Shown: piece after piece, positions 55,551 to 64,000 of the stretch
Layout: each line of letters begins with the position of its first letter
How positions within the stretch are numbered: the stretch's first letter is position 1
Assembly: GCF_009914755.1 (NCBI RefSeq)
Contig: NC_060925.1
Source of the DNA: the human T2T-CHM13v2.0 reference genome, Homo sapiens
DNA: 64,000 nt
Strand: one strand, 5' to 3'
The notes under the pieces: model-generated
Database searches by the model: none
What the model was told of the DNA's origin: nothing
Seen by the model: only the letters and a program-made list of their open reading frames with translations
Program-made: the position numbers and the translations under genes

Positions 55551-56419
55551 TTATAATTTTAGGGAAGTATTCGAGGTTAAGACCTAAAAGCAAATTCCAC
55601 TTAACATGATGAACAGGCAAATGTGCAGATCCCACTGAAGCAGGATCAGTATTTAACAGAATTGGAAATGTTCATGGAAAAGCAATCCACTTTCTTTTCA
55701 TTTCCTTTAACTCCACATAGAGTCAGGCTGCTAACCCTCCGAATATAAACCCTTCTCTAAAGGCCAGGGTGGAAGGTACAGGCATTGCGTAGGGGAGCTC
55801 CATGCAGGAAGGTGGAGAGATCTGAGTTCCCACTGGCAGTAGGAGCTATGGGCTGCTGTCCCTGTTTCTGTTCCCTGGAGGCAGCTGGAGCATCCCTCTT
55901 TTTGTGAAATTAGAAAGATTGTCTTTCTCCATCTCTTCCCTGACCCTCCCAAGACTTTTCAGGGAAGTTTTTAAGTTTTTTCCGTAAACCCCACGTGTTC
56001 AGAGAGTCCTCCGCTGCTTGCTGGGAGCTGGCAGCTGGCAGCTGTTCTCTGCGAAGGAGGCGGCACACACGGTGCTTTAGCACCATCTGCAGGCAACCCA
56101 GAGATTTGCAAGGAGACAGGAGAAGCCAGTTTCCTTCTGAGCCAACCTCATCTCATTGCCTAATAGATCACACTGTTAACGATGTGGGACGACATTTACT
56201 TAGGCCTCTGCCACACAGAAGCAGGGACTGAGTTGAGGCACATTTTGAAGAGAGGGGATTCAGCTGATTTTAAAATTCACAGTCACGGAGAGTGTAATTT
56301 AGTGACTATAGTTTAATAATAAATGTTTAGGATGACCCCAAATTGCATTATTATGTTCAGTCCAAATTTATATGTGGCTCTGGAAGAGTCACTTAAATGT
56401 GCTTTGAGAAATTTGGTGC

Positions 56420-57170
56420 ATTGAAAGACACTATCAACAGAGTAAAAAGGCAACTCACAGAATGGGAGAAAACATTTGCTTATCATACATCCAGTAAGGG
56501 ATTGATATCCAGAATATATAAATGTATAAAGAACTCCTAAAACTCAACAACAACAAAAAAGCAAAAACAACCCAATTCAAAAGTGGGCAAAGGACTTGAA
56601 TGAATATTTCCCCAAAGAAGATTTATAAATGACCAGTAAGCACGTGATAGGGTATTCAACAGCACTATTAGGAAAATCAAAACTACCGTGAGGTACCACC
56701 TCACACATTAGGATGCTACTATTTTAAAACAGAAAACAACAAATGTTGGCAAGGATGTGGAGAAATTGGAAGCTCTGTGCATAGTTGGTGAGAATGTAAC
56801 ATAGTATCGCTGCTGCAGAAAACACTATGGCCATTCTTCAAGAAATTAAGAATAGAATTAACATGTGATTCAGGAATTGTATTTCTGAGTATATACCCAA
56901 AAGAACTGAAAGTAGGGTATGGAAGAGATATTTCTACATTCATGTTCACAGCAACATTATTCATGATAGCGAAAATCATGAGAGCAACCTAAGTGTTCAT
57001 TAGTAGATGAACATATAAATGAAGAATGATATGTGCATACAATGGAGTATTATTCAGCCTTAGAAAGAAGCAATTTCTGACATGCCACACATCAGTGAAC
57101 CTTGAGGATATTATTCTAAGTGAAATAAGATAACCACAAAAAGACAAATACTGCATGATTCCACCTATGT
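56420..57170 (+). mobile_element. L1MA/MB 3' fragment
   Basis: aaagacactatcaacagagtaaaaaggcaactcacagaatgggagaaaacatttgc...gacaaatactgcatgattccac. Confidence 0.9.
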
Positions 57171-58512
57171 AAAGAATAAGGCCAGTGCACAAAGTTGTGG
57201 CAAAGTTGTCAGTATTAACATTGTAAATCAAGTGTGTGTGAAGGGGTGCTCACCTTAGCTCCCTTCTAGATATTTTGAGATTCTAAAGTCAAGAAATCTA
57301 TCTCATGTAGTGAAAGAATTCCTTACCGTTATATTGTCACAGAGCATCATTAGTAGGAGCAAATTGTTCCTAAAATAATTCTACAACTAATAAATTTGGA
57401 TGCTCATAGAGTAGGTCTTAGTAGTACCTACATATAGCTATATTGATGATATTAAAATATTAATTATCTAAAATTTAGTAACTAGCATTTATATCACTTA
57501 TTATGAGTCAGGTACTGTTCTAAATGCTTTTCATTTATTTCCACATTTAATCTACAACAGCTCTGCTGAAGTAGATCCCATAATTATCCCCATTTACAGA
57601 TGGAGAAATTTAGGCAGAAATAGTTTAAGTAACATATCCAAAGTCACACAGCTAATGTTAGGCCACATTAAGATTCCAACCCAGGCTTTGGAGTTCGCCT
57701 TTTAACCCTGTGCTTGGCCCCGTCACAACTCCTACGTTACCAGAATGCTTACAGTCTAATAAATATTGGGTAGGGGACTCCTACTAACATAGCTATGTGT
57801 GACAAGTAGAAGTCCCTGTGTGTATCCAAGGTTACTCTTACAACCTCTCTCTGCCAATGCACAACTTTGCACCAAAATTTCATCATGAGGACTCCTTTTC
57901 AGAGCACCCCAGAATTGAGCAAGACATGCTAAACTGGCTTCTTCACCCCCTCACCCCATGTCAGCTTCCCAACCAAGAGGAGTAAGGACAAAGTTGCAAG
58001 GCTGCAAGTATAATTTGTCTCGGTTCCTATTATTCCTTTCAGGATTATGATGCCAGAGCAGCTTCAGCTGTTCTGCTGTCTGATTCATGGCCAATACCAG
58101 TTCTAACAGGTCTAACCCAAAGAGTCAGCCAGATAGGACAGGGAGAGCAACGGCCACTGTGAGATGTCTGGAAGGCGAGCACAGCTCTAGAAAAGGCATT
58201 AGCTACATTTCCATGGGGTTTTGCTCCTGGATAAAGCAGGTCACAAGGGAAACCTAGATGTGGAATCTGCAAAAGGGCAATTAAAATGTTCAGTCTTTGT
58301 CCTTGGTCAGGCTGTGATTTTAGGCCAGTCATCAAACCTGGGGCTAGTTATATAGGAAATACTTATTGAAGCTGGCAATGTGAAAGAGTCTCCATTAAGT
58401 CCGGCCTTTTTGTATATACAGTAGAAGCTTTGAAGTCAGACAGACATGAGTTTGAATTCCAGCTCTGCCAGTTTTTATCTATACTACTTTGTATATGCCT
58501 CTCATTTAGGAA

Positions 58513-58729
58513 TTTTTTTTTTTTTTTTTTTGATGGAGTCTGGCTCTTTCACCCAGGCTGGAGCGAAGTGGTGCAACTCAACCACTTCACAGTGAACGGG
58601 GGACGGTTCACTGCAACCTCCGCCCCCCGGGTTCAAGCAATTCTCCTGCCTCAGCCTCCTGAGTAGCTGGGATTACAGGCGTCCACCACCATGTCTGGCT
58701 AATTTTTGTATTTTTAAGAGATGGGGTTT
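58513..58729 (-). mobile_element. Truncated AluS (right arm) carrying a ~25-bp non-Alu insertion
   Basis: T-tail then Alu right arm; ends at agagatggggttt. Confidence 0.9.
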
Positions 58730-58948
58730 AAATGTTCTTATTTCTAAATTGGAGATAATAAAACTTCATCCAGGTCACATATAATAGGTCTGAAACATGC
58801 TAATTCATTGCCCAGGATGCTGTAAGCATTCAGAATCTAGGTGTCAGCATCACCACCACACATATATTTCCATTCTTCTAAATGTACAGGGAAGCCCTGT
58901 GGCAGTTTTGTCTTGAGATCATTCAACATATTTATATTTCTCCCACAG

Positions 58949-59030
58949 ATACTATGATAAGAAATACCAAGTATTCCTGAAGCTGGTTGAACACCAGAAG
59001 GAGTATTTGGCGATCATGAATGATGACTGA
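58949..59030 (+). CDS. FGGY: FGGY last coding exon: (K)[26 protein letters not shown]
   Basis: Polypyrimidine tract tttatatttctcccacAG (AG 58947-58948), in frame with the upstream exon, TGA at 59028-59030. The peptide matches the recalled FGGY C-terminus. Confidence 0.96.
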
Positions 59031-59175
59031 ACAGGGCTTGCAGGTGCTGATGCCAGAAGCTTCTGTGCCATTGCATTAAAGACTTGTCATTTGATCCATG
59101 TTCAAGACCCTTGAGGTATTGTTTCATCATTTCTGTATTGTCTTTCAATAAAGAAAACAAACATGTGCAACCAGA
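59031..59175 (+). other. FGGY: FGGY 3' UTR (short, ~145 nt; end approximate)
   Basis: Lies between the stop codon and the expected cleavage site ~20-25 nt after AATAAA. Confidence 0.75.
59147..59152 (+). terminator. Polyadenylation signal AATAAA of FGGY
   Basis: Canonical hexamer ~117 nt after the stop. An upstream TGTA (CFIm motif) lies at ~59134, and U-rich sequence follows downstream. Confidence 0.8.
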
Positions 59176-59327
59176 ATTAGAGTCTTCATTTCAAAATACC
59201 GCTATTATTTAGTTTCAGTTTCCATACAGTCTCCATTATAGTAACAGAAGTTTCACATAGGGTCATAGGATCTCACATGAGACTAGACCTTGGGGGCTAT
59301 TCAATCCAGGGAAGGCCTGTACTTTTT

Positions 59328-59621
59328 TTTTTTTTTTTTTGAGACGGAGTCTCGCTCTATCGCCCAGGCTGGAGTTCAGTGGAGCGATCTCGGCTCACTG
59401 CAAACCCCGCCTCCCAGGTTCACACCATTCTCCTGCCTCAGCCTCCTGAGTAGCTGGGACTACAGGCGCCCGCCACCGCGCCTGGCTAATTTTTTGTATT
59501 TTTAGTAGAGACAGGGTTTCACCATGTTAGCCAGGATGGTCTCGATCTCCTGACCTCGTGATCTTTCCGCCTCGGCCTCCCAAAGTGCTGAGATTACAGG
59601 CATGAGCCACTGCGCCCGGCC
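59328..59621 (-). mobile_element. AluY just downstream of the FGGY poly(A) site
   Basis: TSD AGGCCTGTACTTTTT at 59313-59327 and 59622-59636. Confidence 0.95.
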
Positions 59622-60844
59622 AGGCCTGTACTTTTTAATCAATTAAATGTCAGCTATTAAATGAAAAACTTACATTACTTTAGGTAGGACATCTAATGCA
59701 TAGTCGATGTCTTTTATGGCATTTTCCCCTCCTGTGCAGGATCTAGTCTAGGGTCAGATACCACATTTATTTGCAGAATTGTAATTTCACAATCATCATA
59801 TTAAAGACAGGTATAGGCAGGAATCATCGATGGATCCAGGAGGGAATTTTGAAGAATAACAGGATATATGCATAATCTTAAAATATCTCTTCAGAATTTG
59901 CTTATTAGTTACAAGAGGAAAAAGAACGTTAAGTATACAGGGAAGAAATAGGACAACATCTTGATTAGGTGATCCAAATCAACTTCAGATGGGCAAATGG
60001 ACATTGTGTGCCTCCAGATATGAGAAAAGAAAGAGCATTTTAATGCAGAGCCTGAATCTAATCAGAAGGAAACATCAGACAAACGCAACATGGGAAGCAT
60101 TTTATTTTTTAATGGACTATATTTTTCAAAAATATCTATGTCATACTGACAAAGAAAGGCTGTGGGAAGTTTCCAGATTAAAGGAAACTGAAGAAACCTG
60201 ATGGCTAAAAGCTTTTGATGTAGACAAGCACTGGGAAAACTAGCTGTTTTAGTTGATACCACAGCAGACACACAAACGCACACAGACATACACATACATA
60301 TACATACATAAATATGTCAACACCCACACATAATTTCAGACCCAAGAGTAACTGCTAACGTTGATTTGAGAGCTGTCATAGCTCAAATGAGTGTGGGTAG
60401 AGGACATGCTAAGACTTCAGCAAAAGACAGCAGGTAGAGAAGAAAAAGCCAATATAATTCAGTAAATAAACATCCTCTGGAGTACTTTGTGCCACATGTT
60501 GTGGTAAGCACTGGTCTACAGGAATAAATAAGACATGGCCCCTGCCTTCAGGAACCTCCCTGTTTAATGAGAGACATAGACAAATAGATTGATGACAGTA
60601 CATTATGAGAAATGCTACAATTACAAAAAAAAAAGTACCTGCTGCATGGAGCCCATCAGTCAGAAAAGGAGGAAGGAGAAGGTGGGATGAAAAACAATAT
60701 GGTGTAACAGCTATGAGCCCTGGCCTGGGATCCTAGGCCTGGTCTTACCTCTTACTAGATGGGTGACTTGGAGAAAGGTCCTTAATCTTCCTAAGTCTCA
60801 GTTTCCTCATTTTGAAATGAATAGGTATTGAATATGAATATGTT

Positions 60845-61180
<336 letters not shown>

Positions 61181-61812
61181 TGAATATGTTAATAGTACCT
61201 ACTTTACAGGATTATAATGAGGACTAAAGGAGATAATGCATATAAAGCACTCGGCTCAATTGCATGGTCCATGCCTGTGTTATTACAGGGCTCTGCTCCT
61301 AGAAGATGCTCAAAATAGTAACTGTAGTAAGCATGGAGAAGGGTGAGCACCCCAGTTATGAAGGTCAGCTCTGCAATAGCATTCTACAGTATCCAAAGGA
61401 TATAGGGACCTTAGGCATAGCCCCGAGTGAAGGTGGGTGTGCGTGTCTGATCTAGCTGGCCTAAAAGCAGAAGGAAGCCCAGTGCATTCATAGATCCTAG
61501 CCAGAGGTTGCACTAGGGATAAAGGAGGATTGGGGATCACTACAGAAGAGGAGTCGGGTATTGCAGGATCTAAGCAAGATGTCAGGTCTATGGTCAAACA
61601 GGCTTCAGCTGCAAAAGCTGATTATCACTCACTGAGAAACGGGCAGGCCTGGACCTGCTCACACAAAACCCTGGTGAATGCGGTGGTTGTCTGTGGATAC
61701 AAAAGGCAGACATAAAAGCATGAATAATTACCAACTATCTGCCAAGTCCTTGTTGTATGTCCTCTCCAATCCTCCTACAGCACTGTGAGGTAGGCAGCAT
61801 TATCTCCACCTT

Positions 61813-61874
61813 ATAGTTGAGAAAGTTGAGTTTCAGAAAAGACATAGTTGAGAAAATTGAGTTTCAGAAAAGAT
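61813..61874 (+). repeat. 31-bp tandem duplication within a MIR
   Basis: atagttgagaaagttgagtttcagaaaagac / atagttgagaaaattgagtttcagaaaagat. Confidence 0.9.
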
Positions 61875-64000
61875 AGACACTTTGCCCAGAGTCACCAGAT
61901 GGTAGCAGAGATAGGATTCAAATCCAGATCTGCCTGGATGCAAAACTTTAGGTATCACCCCACTGTAACAGCTGGAGAGGAATCCTGCCCACCACCTGCT
62001 CTTTAGTTGCAGTGCTCATGTTGTTGATTGCCAAGCTCCGGGTGCTGGCCATTCTTTCAAGCAAACTCGTATCCAAACCAAACCTGACCTGAGTTTTCAC
62101 TGCTTTATAGAGAAAGGAAAACACACAGAAATTAGGCAAAAACACATGGCAACACTAGGACACCTTTGGCATCTCAACAGTGAGGAGCAGCTTGATAGAA
62201 AGGAGAAGGGCTGAAAGACCTTGGGCAACATAGCTAACCTGTCTAAGCCTCAGTCTTTCCCTCTGTGGTGGGATCATTCTGCTACCTACCTCCTAGGGTT
62301 GGTGGTAAGGATTCAGTGAAAGAACTGTGGATAAAGCCCTTAGCACAATGCCTTTCAGACAATAGGCACTCTACAAATATTGTTTCTCCATGGTTCTCTC
62401 TGCCTCCTAGCTAGGAGGTTAATCCCTAAGAAAATCATTCTGGTTCCTACTATAAAGCCACCGTGTTAGGAAAAAATATAAATGTCTATATATAATTCTA
62501 TTAGAAACCACGTGTGGCTCAGTAATAAAAATTTTAATCACTCCAATACACACCTCCTTGCACTGAGAAAGGTGGTTTTATTTAATACATGCATGTAAAG
62601 TATATTTAGCTTTGATGAATAAGAATTGCAGTGTGGCCAGAGTGGTTTGTGAGATTTTTGTTTTGTTGCCTACTGAAAGCTTTTCTTTCAAGTTAAAGCC
62701 AGACTTGCTTAGCAAATCATTTTGCCAAGGAACGCATTACAGGTTTTAAATTTTGACCAAAAATACTTCCCATATGCGAAGAACATAAATGTGGCTTTCA
62801 AAAGAGCCAAAGAGAACAAAAGCTGGGGGAGGTGAGGAAGAAAAGACAAGAATGACAGAATGGAGTGGCATGTTGCAGAGCTACAGTAAACTACAGGACC
62901 CGATGCCACAGTGAGCTGGAGTCCCAGTGAGGCATCCAGAAGGGACGCCCTCTCTTGTGAAGATCAAGACTGGGCATTTGATCTTTATATTCAGAGCATA
63001 ATCTGTGTTGTTGCCAGTTGCACTGGGGAGTATAAGTTCCAAGAGGAGCAGTAAAAATATCGTAAGGCAACCCTGGAAACGCCCAGCTTTAAGAATGCAC
63101 CAAATCAGCATGTGAGTTAGCAAGCTAGAATGCTTAGGTTTTAATATCAACATGATCTGCTATTTCTCCCAGGCCTGAGGATAATCACGTTCTTTAGATT
63201 TACTTACCTGCTTTTTTCTTCCTCCCCCCGGCCACCGGCCTGTGAGCTCTTGGAGGGCTCAGAGTATCTTATAGCCTGTTCTCTGTACCCAAACAGTTCT
63301 TGGCACGTAATGGGTATTCCATAAGTGAATAAATACACAAACACAAGATGTTTTTCTGAAAAAAAAAAAAAAAAAAAAAAAAAAACACTGGTAGAACTAA
63401 AAAAACTCACTTTCAGGTCAATCTTCTGTACGTGTTAATATGCCTTAATTTAAGCAACTGTCAAATGCTTTAAAATGTGTTTTGGTCACTAAGGATTTTT
63501 AAAAATCATGCCTTATACCTAACAACTTGCTTTTTTAGTTTTTTATTGCACATAATACACACATGCATAACCACACAACTTCATTTTGGGTTGTAGCTCA
63601 AGCTGAGAACCTTTTGCAAATTTTCCATGTTGTTACAGACTATTTCCTGTATGATATCCTATGGGAAGCCAGAGGTGTTGTAATCCAGAAACACCCATTG
63701 TTCACCAGGACTGCAGGACACATGCTTTCAGAATTCAAGGGCATAGTTACAAATAATTACCATCAAGAATTTAAAATGAAGGACATCGTTGCTAAACAAG
63801 AAACTAATGACTGAGTGGAGCTGTGTAATGTAATTATACTTAAGATGGGACTTCTGACGAATTACAGAAGAATCTTTGTGCTGTCTCATGTCTCCATAAA
63901 TACACTTAACTGCTATTGACAGTAATAGAAGGGAGTCTTGAATATGAAAAGCTTTTTTTATCCTTTTATGATTTCTAGAGGGAAAACTTAAAAGAACAAT

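Overview
Primate (very probably human) genomic DNA, mostly intronic and repeat-rich. It covers the 3' end of FGGY (FGGY carbohydrate kinase domain-containing protein, D-ribulokinase; chr1p32.1 from recall) on the + strand. Bases 1-54376 are the distal part of a very long intron. They are followed by the 62-nt penultimate coding exon (54377-54438) and the last exon (58949-~59175; stop 59028-59030; AATAAA 59147-59152). The MIR4711 hairpin lies antisense in the intron (29678-29747). The rest is largely transposon debris: Alu, L1, MIR, L2, THE1/MST/MER21/LTR33 LTR elements, and hAT/Tigger DNA transposons. Repeat subfamilies are assigned from remembered consensus sequences and their boundaries are approximate. 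No ORF in the supplied track appears to be a real gene. I found no clearly new biological system. The best leads are a locally duplicated non-repeat ~225-bp element with a conserved MEIS/GATA/FOX motif core, the strand asymmetry of the miR-4711 hairpin, and a probable gene-conversion tract between two inverted THE1 elements. Also notable are a one-LTR THE1 with an intact TSD, an orphan polyadenylated retro-insert and several templated-insertion repair scars.
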